This document shows positions 1 to 9,727 of a DNA stretch of 64,000 nucleotides, piece after piece (position 1 is the stretch's first letter; each line of letters starts with the position of its first letter). The stretch is from an uncultured Acidobacteriota bacterium. Lineage in GTDB: Bacteria > Acidobacteriota > Terriglobia > UBA7540. Where the stretch lies: assembly GCA_963804995.1 (NCBI GenBank), contig CAWDSK010000002.1, positions 128,001-192,000 of the forward strand, given 5' to 3'. Position numbers and translations under genes: made by a program. Under the pieces are notes generated by a model. That model had not been told where the DNA came from, ran no database searches, and worked only from the letters and a program-made list of their open reading frames with translations.

Positions 1-2
1 GA

Positions 3-1202
<1,200 letters not shown>

Positions 1203-1208
1203 ACCGCT

Positions 1209-1415
1209 ATGGAAAACACCGAAGGCCATCCTGATTGGGAAGACTTTGAGGCCGCAGCCAAAAGACCGATAGAGCAACATATACGTAATTCGTTTATCCA
1301 CACCTACAAGCCCGTTCTGGATGATACGGAGTACCGCTCGTTCGACACCATGGAGGAGTATCGTCAGTGGTGTCAAAGCAATTTGCCGCGCTGGCTTGGC
1401 TATCATCGAGACTGA
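1209..1415 (+). CDS. Small hypothetical protein (68 aa), probable partner of the downstream nucleotidyltransferase remnant
   Basis: ATG 6 nt after the gyrB stop; protein-like composition; no family confidently recognised. Confidence 0.6.
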   Translation: MENTEGHPDWEDFEAAAKRPIEQHIRNSFIHTYKPVLDDTEYRSFDTMEEYRQWCQSNLPRWLGYHRD

Positions 1416-1640
1416 TTCCTTTAATTACGCAACGGCCCCTATGATGTGGACCTGATCTTTGCACCCGACGGCATCGAAAGATTTGAGGATGCCTGGAAGC
1501 GGCGCCTCGAACGCCACGGTTTCCCGGTTGCCAGTATCGATGACATTGTGCGAAGCAAACAGGCGGCGAACCGTCAGAAGGATCGGGAATCACTGCCACG
1601 ATTGTTGTCCTTCAGGGACTGGTTGAAGCAGCACAGGTGA
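1412..1640 (+). pseudogene. Internally deleted nucleotidyltransferase-like gene
   Basis: Retains the C-terminal NGPYDVDLIFAPDG...[22 protein letters not shown] signature; the N-terminal catalytic part is absent. Confidence 0.6.
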
Positions 1641-1655
1641 ATTTCTGGAATCGCC

Positions 1656-1731
1656 TGGGCGACATCCTCGAACCCCGCCGCCAGTTCATCGAAGACAACG
1701 CACTGGATGTGAAGAACTTGGATATCAAACC
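1656..1731 (+). repeat. Degenerate direct-repeat copy of the gyrB 3' end (1129-1205)
   Basis: Translates as [23 protein letters not shown] versus [23 protein letters not shown] in gyrB; most differences are synonymous; the stop codon has lost its T. Confidence 0.95.
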
Positions 1732-1745
1732 CTGCGTGGGTTAGA

Positions 1746-1788
1746 TTGACCCGAGTTCAAACCAAGTGTATACTTCGTAGTGTACACT
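1746..1788 (+). promoter_or_regulatory. Sigma70-type promoter of the phd-vapC operon with palindromic operators
   Basis: TTGACC (1746-1751), 17-bp spacer, TATACT (1769-1774); palindromes AAGTGTATACTT (1764-1775, imperfect) and AGTGTACACT (1779-1788, perfect). Confidence 0.75.
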
Positions 1789-1807
1789 TTGGCTAGGATG
1801 GCGATTT

Positions 1808-2050
1808 ATGGTTGTCACTGCGAAACAATTGCGCTTAAACACCTCAGGGATCCTGAAGAGGGTTCAACGCTTGGGTTCCGTTACGGTCACGTTGCGAGGC
1901 AAGCCCATCGCGAGGCTATCCGCTCTGAAGACAAAAGAGCCAATGCGCGTTGAAGACCATCCTGCCTTTGGGATGTGGGCCGACCGGGAAGACATGAAGG
2001 ATGTTCGTGCTTGGCTGAAAAAGATCCGCACTCCCAGGTACCTGCGTTGA
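1808..2050 (+). CDS. Phd/YefM-family antitoxin
   Basis: VTAKQLRLNTSGILKRVQ...VTVTLRGKPIARL pattern; overlaps the PIN gene at TTGA. Confidence 0.85.
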   Translation: MVVTAKQLRLNTSGILKRVQRLGSVTVTLRGKPIARLSALKTKEPMRVEDHPAFGMWADREDMKDVRAWLKKIRTPRYLR

Positions 2051-2430
2051 TATTCGACACAGACATTCTCATCTGGGTACACCGCGGCCTGCCCGCGGCT
2101 GCCCGGTTCGTCAATAGCGTTCCACTGCCGGACCGAAATTTGTCAGCTATCTCCTACATGGAGCTTCTGTACGGAAGCCGCGATGCCGGTGACCTGAGAA
2201 ATATCGAGAAGATGGTGGAGGAATTGTTCACCGAAGTCGTTCCCATAACCGACAGCATCAGCGTGTCAGCGGTGCGCATCATGAAATCGTTTGTTCTGGC
2301 GCATCGCCTCGATGTGAGTGACGCGCTGATTGGTGCTACCGCGCTTATTCGCCAAGAATCGCTGGCAACCGCCAACTATAAACACTTTAAGTTCATTCCC
2401 GGACTTAGCGTGCGGAGGTTTCACCCCTGA
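2047..2430 (+). CDS. vapC: PIN-domain VapC-family toxin
   Basis: TTG start overlapping the antitoxin stop; IFDTDILI, SAISYMELLYG, DALIGATA and LATANYKHF motifs. Confidence 0.9.
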   Translation: MIFDTDILIWVHRGLPAAARFVNSVPLPDRNLSAISYMELLYGSRDAGDLRNIEKMVEELFTEVVPITDSISVSAVRIMKSFVLAHRLDVSDALIGATALIRQESLATANYKHFKFIPGLSVRRFHP

Positions 2431-2745
2431 GCAAGACCTTGGGGTGCGGCCTTCGGATCACCGGAGCGGGAGGCAAAAGAACTGCGCCTCACAACTTGGC
2501 ATACCTATCTTGTCTTAGACCCCAATTTTCTGACAAACAGCAACGTTATTCTCTTGACATTCGTTACTACTATGATACCATAGATAGGTAGTCTAAGATT
2601 CTTGGTGGGAAACCTGCCCACGGACCCGCTCAGCAATGCGCCACACTCCATGAACCCTCGTTTCCGACGAATCCCGAAACCATATTCCAGGCACGGCCAC
2701 ACCGGCTGCCCCAATCCTTAACTGCTTAGCATTGGCTACCATGCG

Positions 2746-2773
2746 CTAACCACTAACCACTTACCACTAACCA
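2746..2773 (+). repeat. Four tandem heptamers CT(A/T)ACCA
   Basis: ctaacca-ctaacca-cttacca-ctaacca just upstream of the RBS of the 2794 gene. Confidence 0.85.
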
Positions 2774-2793
2774 CTGCTCTTCGGAGGTCTTCC

Positions 2794-3909
2794 ATGTCGC
2801 TCGTCAAAAAAACCACCCTGACCAAAAGGAAAGCTGCCGCCAATCGGCGTAACGCGAGTCAATCCACAGGTCCGGCGACGCCGGAGGGGAAGGAGCGCAC
2901 AGGCGCCGCCCACCTGCGTCATGGCTTTTATGCCAAGGCGCAGGAGGACGCTTTGCGCGATTTGGGCGAGGACCCTGCCCACTTTGAGGAACTGCTCGCC
3001 GGACTGCGCCAGGAATTCACACCCCAGGGCGCCTTGCAGGACGAATTGGTTATCCGTCTGGCGCGAGTGCTGTGGCTGATGGGCCGCGCCGATCGCTCGC
3101 AGGAGGGCGCCGCGCTGCGCCGCGCCAGGAGCGCCGACCAAGGGCGCGACAACCGGCTGCACGCGCAGATGATGCGCCTCAAGATGACGGCGGAGCGATT
3201 GCGCTTGCTCGTCAAATCCGTAGCGCGCGAGCATTACGTCACCACTCCCGAGGACCTCGAAAAAATGAAGAACTTGCACCAGGAGGAAGTGTTAAAGGAT
3301 ATGGGCGATATCACTCTGGCCCTCTTCTACCAACTCCAGGCCCCGGGCACGGATGAGAACGGCATTGACGAGATGGAGAAAGCGCGCAGAATGGTCGCCC
3401 AGGCCAAGGAGATCTTTGGCATTGGTGCGACCGCCTCGTTCCCGCCCCAAGCGAACGTGGCGCCGGGTTCCAGCCAGCAGGAAACGCCATCCAGCGAAGC
3501 TTCGGGCGTTAATCCGGCGCCTGCCGACCCCGGGGTGGGCGCTACAGAAGAGGAAAAGGATGAGCGATATCCCAACATCATTGCGGCGGATTGGGAGGCG
3601 CGGGAGCGTCCACGCCAGCTTCTGGAGAATATCCTCACCCGGCAGGTGGAGAGTTGCGAGGCTCAGCGTAAGGCCCTCCTGAGGGAGTCGGTGGCCGGTC
3701 CTTCACCTTACGAACTCGCCGCGGAAATCGCTCCCAGCCACGCCGATGCCTTGCTAATGCGCCGAATGCAAGATGCCAACATGCGGGAAGTCCGCCGACT
3801 CACCAACCTGCTGCTGAAAATCAAACGCCAAGAGGGCAAAAGGGAAGCCGTGGAAGCGAGCGAAGAGGATATTCAAAGCCACGATATAATAGAAAACAAA
3901 GGCAGTTAG
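2794..3909 (+). CDS. Hypothetical helical protein with an N-terminal ANRRNAxxSTGPxTPEGK...HG motif
   Basis: GGAGG RBS; 371-aa ORF with GC-type codon usage; motif recalls HGGxSTG/terminase-small-subunit-like segments; function unknown. Confidence 0.8.
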   Translation: MSLVKKTTLTKRKAAANRRNASQSTGPATPEGKERTGAAHLRHGFYAKAQEDALRDLGEDPAHFEELLAGLRQEFTPQGALQDELVIRLARVLWLMGRADRSQEGAALRRARSADQGRDNRLHAQMMRLKMTAERLRLLVKSVAREHYVTTPEDLEKMKNLHQEEVLKDMGDITLALFYQLQAPGTDENGIDEMEKARRMVAQAKEIFGIGATASFPPQANVAPGSSQQETPSSEASGVNPAPADPGVGATEEEKDERYPNIIAADWEARERPRQLLENILTRQVESCEAQRKALLRESVAGPSPYELAAEIAPSHADALLMRRMQDANMREVRRLTNLLLKIKRQEGKREAVEASEEDIQSHDIIENKGS

Positions 3910-4104
3910 CGGTAAAATGGCGGAAATGTCCAAACACCTATGTTCCTGAAATTAAATAACATAGCGCGTGACAATGATGGGAGGTCCAGCGAAAAGGGGG
4001 AATTAAAAATGAAGGTTAAAGCCACAATGTTGTTGAAAACACATGTAGAAAAAATGTCAGTTTTCCGCAAAGCCACGATGTTTATGATAATACAAGTAGT
4101 TAGC
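3875..4104 (+). repeat. Four degenerate copies of an AT-rich motif (AAAGCCACGATGTTTATGAAAAnAnAnnnAGTTAG-like)
   Basis: Copies at about 3875-3910, 3932-3965, 4018-4050 and 4069-4104. Confidence 0.8.
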
Positions 4105-4219
4105 AACAAAACCCAGCAAATACTTTTAACGTCGGTTTGGGCCAAACACAACTCCCATTCGGCGCTGAAATCCGGTAAAATGGAATGTACGAGATTACGA
4201 ACACTAAGGACCGCAATTC

Positions 4220-6736
4220 ATGGGTGATCAGGAACTAATAAAGCCGTCGCGGGACATTCCCGTCAACATTGAAGACGAGATGCGCAAGTCGTATCTCGAT
4301 TACGCGATGAGTGTGATTATTGGCCGCGCCCTGCCCGATGTGCGCGACGGGTTGAAGCCCGTCCATCGCCGCATTCTCTACGCGATGTACAAAGAGGGCA
4401 ACACCTCCGACAAGCGTTACATCAAGTGCGCGGGCGTGGTGGGCGAGGTCATCAAGAAATATCACCCGCACGGTGATGCGGCGGTTTACGACACGCTGGT
4501 ACGCATGGCGCAGGACTTCAATATGCGCTACCCGCAGATCGACGGCCAGGGCAACTTCGGATCCGTGGATGGCGACCCGGCAGCGGCATACCGGTACACG
4601 GAATGCCGTCTGGCCCGCCTTGCAGAAGAGTTGTTGGCCGACATTGAGAAAGACACCGTGGACTTCATTCCCAACTTTGATGAGTCCACGGAAGAGCCCA
4701 CCGTGCTGCCCACGCGCGTTCCGAATCTGCTGATCAACGGCTCGGATGGCATTGCTGTGGGCATGGCCACCAAAATTCCGCCCCACAATCTGACGGAGAT
4801 TATCGAAGCGACGATTCTGTTGCTGAGCAAACCCACCGCTTCCATCGACGAGGTGCTGGCGCTCGTTCCGGGGCCGGATTTCCCTACCGGCGCCTACCTT
4901 TACGGCAAGAGCGGGATCAAGTCCGCCTATTCGACGGGCCGGGGCCAGTTCACCATGCGCGCCAAGGCGGCCATCGAGCGCCCCGCCAAGGAGAAGGTGC
5001 AGATCGTCATCACCGAGATTCCCTTCCAGGTGAACAAATCCAAAGTCATTGAGCGCATTGCCGAACTGGTACAGGACAAAAAGATTGAGGGAATCTCCGA
5101 CATTCGGGATGAGTCGGACCGCGACGGCATGCGCATCGTCATTGAGATAAAGCGCGGCGAGCAGCCGGAAGTCATCCTGAACAATCTGTACAAGCACACC
5201 CAGCTTCAGGAGACGTTTGGCATGATCATGCTGGCCATCGTGCATGGCCAGCCGCGCACGCTCCCTCTCATCGACGCTTTGCAACTCTTCATCGACCACC
5301 GTGTCAATGTGGTCCGGCGCCGCACCGAGTACGACCTGCGCAAAGCCCAGGAACGCGCCCACATTTTGGAAGGTTTTCTCAAGGCGCTCTCGCAGCTTGA
5401 CGCCATCATCAAGCTGATTCGCGCCTCCAAGACTCCCGCCGAGGCCCGCACGGGATTGATGACGCGGTTCGAATTTACGGAGCGCCAGGCGCAGGCCATC
5501 CTGGAAATGCAGTTGCAGCGCTTGACCGCTATGGAGCGCGACAAAATCCAGGCGGAGTTTGACGAGCTCCAGAAGAAGATCGCCGAGTACCAGGAAATCC
5601 TGGCCAGCGACAAAGTGCTGAAGAAAGTCATCGTCAACGAGCTGAAGGAAATTCAGAAAACTTACGGCGATGTCCGGCGCACGGAGATTATCGAGGAGCA
5701 GGCCGATATCAAACTGGAAGACCTGATTGCCGATCAGGACGTTGTCATCACGGTTTCGCATTCCGGTTACACCAAGCGCACACCGCTCAGCATCTATCGC
5801 CAACAGGGGCGCGGTGGCAAGGGCCGGCTGGGTATGAAGACGCGCGAAGAGGATTTTGTTGAAAACCTCTTCATCGCCTCCACCCACAGCTACATCCTGG
5901 TCTTTACCAACGCCGGAAAACTCTACTGGCTGAAGGTGTATGAAATCCCTGATGTCGGCGCCGCGGGCAAGGGCAAGCATATTTTGAATCTGGTTAACCT
6001 GTCGAAAGAAGAAAAGGTTGCCGCCGTGGTGGCCGTGAAGGAGTTGCCCGAGGAGCCGAAGGACGTAACCGTGGAGGGTGAGACGCTGGCCGCGGAAGGC
6101 TACATTACCATGGTCACGCGCCAGGGCATCATCAAGAAGACCCGCCTGGCTGACTTTTCCAATCCCAACTCGCGCGGCATCATCGCCATGAAGATTGAAG
6201 AAGGTGACGAGCTCATCGCCGCCCGCCTTACTTCCGGCCGCGACAACATTTTCCTGGCCTCCCACGAAGGCATGGCGATTCGCTTTCCCGAGGCTGACGT
6301 GCGCGATATGGGCCGCGCCGCCTACGGCGTTTACGCCATGGATCTGGAAAAAGGCGACTACATCGTCGGCATGGAAATCGTGGGCGAAAAGGAACTGATG
6401 CTCTCGGTCACCGAGAAGGGTTACGGCAAACGCACGGCGATTACGGAGTACCGTTTACAGTCGCGCGCCGGCAAGGGCGTCATTAACGTCAAGACCGTGG
6501 AGCGCAACGGCAAGGTCGAGGGAGTGCTGCGGGTCACCGAGGAATCCGAGGTGATGATCATCAGCCAGCAAGGCAAGATCACCCGCCTCGATTCCAGTGA
6601 GATCCGCGAAAGCGGTCGCTCCGCCCAGGGCGTGCGGCTGATCAACCTCGAAGAGGGAGACCAGGTCGCGGCGGCTTGCCTGATCAGAAGCGATACCAAT
6701 GGCAGTGGGCCCACGCAAGGAGTCCTGATTCAATAG
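4220..6736 (+). CDS. gyrA: DNA gyrase subunit A
   Basis: [32 protein letters not shown] (catalytic Tyr), GyrA-box-like QGRGGKG, C-terminal beta-pinwheel repeats. Confidence 0.98.
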   Translation: MGDQELIKPSRDIPVNIEDEMRKSYLDYAMSVIIGRALPDVRDGLKPVHRRILYAMYKEGNTSDKRYIKCAGVVGEVIKKYHPHGDAAVYDTLVRMAQDFNMRYPQIDGQGNFGSVDGDPAAAYRYTECRLARLAEELLADIEKDTVDFIPNFDESTEEPTVLPTRVPNLLINGSDGIAVGMATKIPPHNLTEIIEATILLLSKPTASIDEVLALVPGPDFPTGAYLYGKSGIKSAYSTGRGQFTMRAKAAIERPAKEKVQIVITEIPFQVNKSKVIERIAELVQDKKIEGISDIRDESDRDGMRIVIEIKRGEQPEVILNNLYKHTQLQETFGMIMLAIVHGQPRTLPLIDALQLFIDHRVNVVRRRTEYDLRKAQERAHILEGFLKALSQLDAIIKLIRASKTPAEARTGLMTRFEFTERQAQAILEMQLQRLTAMERDKIQAEFDELQKKIAEYQEILASDKVLKKVIVNELKEIQKTYGDVRRTEIIEEQADIKLEDLIADQDVVITVSHSGYTKRTPLSIYRQQGRGGKGRLGMKTREEDFVENLFIASTHSYILVFTNAGKLYWLKVYEIPDVGAAGKGKHILNLVNLSKEEKVAAVVAVKELPEEPKDVTVEGETLAAEGYITMVTRQGIIKKTRLADFSNPNSRGIIAMKIEEGDELIAARLTSGRDNIFLASHEGMAIRFPEADVRDMGRAAYGVYAMDLEKGDYIVGMEIVGEKELMLSVTEKGYGKRTAITEYRLQSRAGKGVINVKTVERNGKVEGVLRVTEESEVMIISQQGKITRLDSSEIRESGRSAQGVRLINLEEGDQVAAACLIRSDTNGSGPTQGVLIQ

Positions 6737-6797
6737 CCACCGTACAGTTGCAGGATCACCAGGGCACGGGTTGCCGTGCCCCTTATTTGCAACCGGG

Positions 6798-6906
6798 GGT
6801 AGTAGGTCAATTTAATGTAGAGGCGGCGGAATTCATCCCGATCTTATCGGGACGCCGCCATTTGGCGAGGTAAACTCGCCGCTACGACATCAAATTGACC
6901 CACCAA
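6798..6906. repeat. GTAG/CTAC REP doublet (REPIN-like) inside outer inverted repeats, copy 1
   Basis: GTAG-AGGCGGC...GCCGCC-ATTT-GGCGAGGTAAACTCGCC-GCTAC; homologous to 38328-38439 and to 60356-60444 (reverse complement). Confidence 0.9.
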
Positions 6907-6963
6907 CGAAGCGGGTTGAGAGTTGAGCCCAGTCGCGCTATTCTGAGATGTGGGGTTGTAGTC

Positions 6964-7785
6964 ATGGATGAACTGGAAAGCAAGCTACAGCGGCTGGAGT
7001 CGCAACTGGGTCAGTTGCCTTCGTTGATCGTCGCCTACTCGGGCGGCGTGGATTCCGCATACCTTGCCTATGCGGCCCACCACGCGATGGGTAAGCGCAT
7101 GCTCGCGGTGACGGCTTTGAGTGCCAGTTACTCCGCGCGCGACCGCGCCGAAGCGGAGAAATGCGTAGCGCGCTTCCAGTTCCCCCACGAGTTCATCACG
7201 ACCGATGAGCTCGCGAATCCGAGCTATCGCGCCAATCTCGGGGACCGCTGCTATTTCTGCAAAGATGAGCTTTTCGTAAAGCTCGACGAACTGGCTGGCC
7301 AGCGCGGCATTGCGGCCGTTGCCTACGGAATTAATGCGGACGATCTGGGTGACTGGCGCCCCGGCCAGCAGGCCGCCCGCGAGCACAAAGTTTTGACGCC
7401 GCTGCTCGATGCGGGAATGACCAAGGCGGATATCCGCGAACTCTCGCGTCGCGTCGAACTGCCCGTATGGGATCGTCCCGCGTCCGCGTGCCTTTCCTCG
7501 CGCATTGCTTATGGAATTGAAGTAACGCCGGAGCGCCTGGCCATCGTCGAGAAAGGCGAAGAGGCCCTGCGCGCGCTCGGCTTCCGCCAGTTCCGCGTGC
7601 GCTATCACGAAGAGCTGGCTCGCCTTGAAATTTCTCCGGAGGAAATGCCGCGGGCACTCGACCCGGAAATGGCCCGCAAGTTTGTTGAGATCTTCAAAGC
7701 CCTGGGCTTCAAGTTTGTCACCCTGGACCTGGAAGGCTACCGCACCGGGTCCATGAATTCTCTCCTGGTGAGCATTCAGAAGTAG
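6964..7785 (+). CDS. larE: ATP-dependent sacrificial sulfur transferase, LarE family
   Basis: PP-loop AYSGGVDS, RCYFCK, RPG, ACLSSR, FRVRYH and DLEGYRTGSMN motifs. Confidence 0.9.
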   Translation: MDELESKLQRLESQLGQLPSLIVAYSGGVDSAYLAYAAHHAMGKRMLAVTALSASYSARDRAEAEKCVARFQFPHEFITTDELANPSYRANLGDRCYFCKDELFVKLDELAGQRGIAAVAYGINADDLGDWRPGQQAAREHKVLTPLLDAGMTKADIRELSRRVELPVWDRPASACLSSRIAYGIEVTPERLAIVEKGEEALRALGFRQFRVRYHEELARLEISPEEMPRALDPEMARKFVEIFKALGFKFVTLDLEGYRTGSMNSLLVSIQK

Positions 7786-7824
7786 ACTTCAACTGCACCC
7801 CGCTGTAAAAATCGGAGGTCGTGC

Positions 7825-8754
7825 ATGCGCGCTCGCAGTCTGGTTGTAGTAGGTCTCCTCCTTGCGTTTTCTGCACCGTGCGGCGCGCAAAATCAGAACC
7901 TTGCCCAACGGCTTGGATATCCTTCTGATGCAAAATTACTGATCCTCCACGCTGATGACTTGGCGGTCGCGCACTCCGTGGACATGGCCACCTTCGAGGC
8001 CTTGAATCAGGGCGCCGTGTCATCCGCCAGCATCATGATTCCGTGCCCATGGCTCACCGAAGTGGCGGAGTACGCCAAGGCTCACCCCGAGGCCGACCTC
8101 GGCTTGCACCTCACCTTGTCGAGTGAATGGAAGAGCTACCGATGGGGATCCATCTCGCCGCGCGACCAGGTGCCGTCACTCTTCGATCCGCAAGGCTATC
8201 TCTGGCCGACGACGGCCGAGGCGGCGCCCCGTATCAATCCGCAAGAAGCCGAGCGCGAAATACGGGCGCAAGTAGAGACGTCCTTGAGGATGGGAATCCA
8301 CCCCACCCATCTCGACTCCCACATGGGAGTGCTGTACACCAAACCTGCCCTGGTGGCGGCTCTCGCGAATGTTGCGCATGAGTATCACATCCCATTCCTA
8401 TTGCTGAAGGTCCCCGGCGCGCCTCCCAACATGTACGCAGCCATTAAGCCTACAGACGTGCTTGTCGACCACTTGTTCGTGGCCAGTCCGCCCATCAAGG
8501 CGGATGACTGGTTGAGCTACTACACGCACCTTGTCGAGACGCTCCCCACCGGCGTTTCGGAGTTCATCGTTCACCTCGCCTACGACGACGCCGAAATGCA
8601 GGCCATCACGGTAGATCATCCCGACTACGGCAGTGCCTGGAGGCAGCGCGATTTCAACGTTATGACCAGTCCGGAATTCCGCCACATGCTGGAGGAGAAC
8701 CACGTCCGGTTGGTAACGTGGCGAGAACTGGGCAAGCTGCTGCCGATGCAGTAA
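7825..8754 (+). CDS. Secreted YdjC/ChbG-family carbohydrate deacetylase
   Basis: Signal peptide; LILHADD, GLHLTL and THLDSHMG motifs. Confidence 0.88.
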   Translation: MRARSLVVVGLLLAFSAPCGAQNQNLAQRLGYPSDAKLLILHADDLAVAHSVDMATFEALNQGAVSSASIMIPCPWLTEVAEYAKAHPEADLGLHLTLSSEWKSYRWGSISPRDQVPSLFDPQGYLWPTTAEAAPRINPQEAEREIRAQVETSLRMGIHPTHLDSHMGVLYTKPALVAALANVAHEYHIPFLLLKVPGAPPNMYAAIKPTDVLVDHLFVASPPIKADDWLSYYTHLVETLPTGVSEFIVHLAYDDAEMQAITVDHPDYGSAWRQRDFNVMTSPEFRHMLEENHVRLVTWRELGKLLPMQ

Positions 8755-8831
8755 GCCGCCGGTGGCTTCACGCCGCCACGTCCACTGGCCGGATAAGGCT
8801 ATGTCCGGAGCCTGGCGATTCGTAATCGCCG

Positions 8832-9726
8832 CTACTTCGCAAATTCCTTTGCGACTCGAATTGTTCGGGTGTGGATTTCGACGGTGTCCTCTACGCGGCG
8901 GGCATAACCTCCGGCGAGCGTGACTGCCACTGGGATTTTCCTGGCGCGGGCCTTCTCAAACACCAACCGGTCGCGCCGCTCGAGTCCCTCAGAGAGAGCC
9001 TTAGCCCGCCGAGTTGGTCATTTTGATAAGGGTCCGCCCCCGCCACGTAGAACATCAGGTCGGGCTGGAATCCGCTGAGCGCTTGGTCGAGGCCTTTTTC
9101 AAGCTCCTGCAAGTATTCCGCGTCTTCGACCGCGTCGCGCAGGTCGATGTCAAGCGTGCTGGGAGGCTTGGGGTAGGGATAGTTGTTTACCTGGTGGATG
9201 GAAAGAGTGTACACGGTGTGATCGCCGGCGAAGATCGCGGCGGTCCCGTTGCCTTGATGCACATCGCAGTCCACCGTCATGGCGCGCTCGATGACTTTGT
9301 CTTTCTGCAAGCGGCGAATGCCGATGGCGAAATCGTTCAGCACGCAGAAGCCTTCGCCATGATCGGGATAAGCGTGATGAAAGCCCCCCCCACGTTTACG
9401 GCTACGCCGCCTTCGAGCGCCAGGCGTCCCGCTAGAATCGACCCGCCTGCCGAGCGCCACACGGCGCGCACCAGCTCGGGGGAGTAAGGGATTTCCAGGC
9501 GCAGGATTTCAAGGTAGGAAAGTTTGCCGGCCTGCAGCTTGCGGATATAGTCGCGGTGGTGGACCAGCGCCACATCCTCATCCGACGCCGGCGGCGGCTC
9601 GACAAAATCCTCCGGACCGGCAATTTGGTCACGCAATACCTTCTCTTTGATCAAGCGATATTTGATGGAGGGAAAAACGTGGCTCCCCAGATTCAAGTCG
9701 TATTGGTCAGAGTAAACGAGTTTCAA
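8832..9726 (-). CDS. Histone-deacetylase-family protein (two apparent frameshifts, near 9385 and 8990)
   Basis: HVFPSIKY, GGGFHHA, GFCVLND, DCDVHQGNGT, AGADPY and TLAGGY motifs spread over three frames; first break lies in a C8 run. Confidence 0.9.
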
Positions 9727-9727
9727 G

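Noticed and set aside
1975..2046. N-terminal extension of vapC in the ORF track
   Set aside because: The PIN domain starts at TTG 2047, coupled to the antitoxin stop.
3940..4227. 95-aa ORF (and the 3906-4151 antisense ORF)
   Set aside because: Simply translates the AT-rich repeat units (KATMLLKT/KATMFMII); atypical codon usage and no RBS.
4235..6265. 676-aa antisense ORF, and similar long shadow ORFs (13675-15090, 33488-34714, 49888-51234, 53721-54896)
   Set aside because: Lie opposite confidently identified genes; expected in high-GC DNA.
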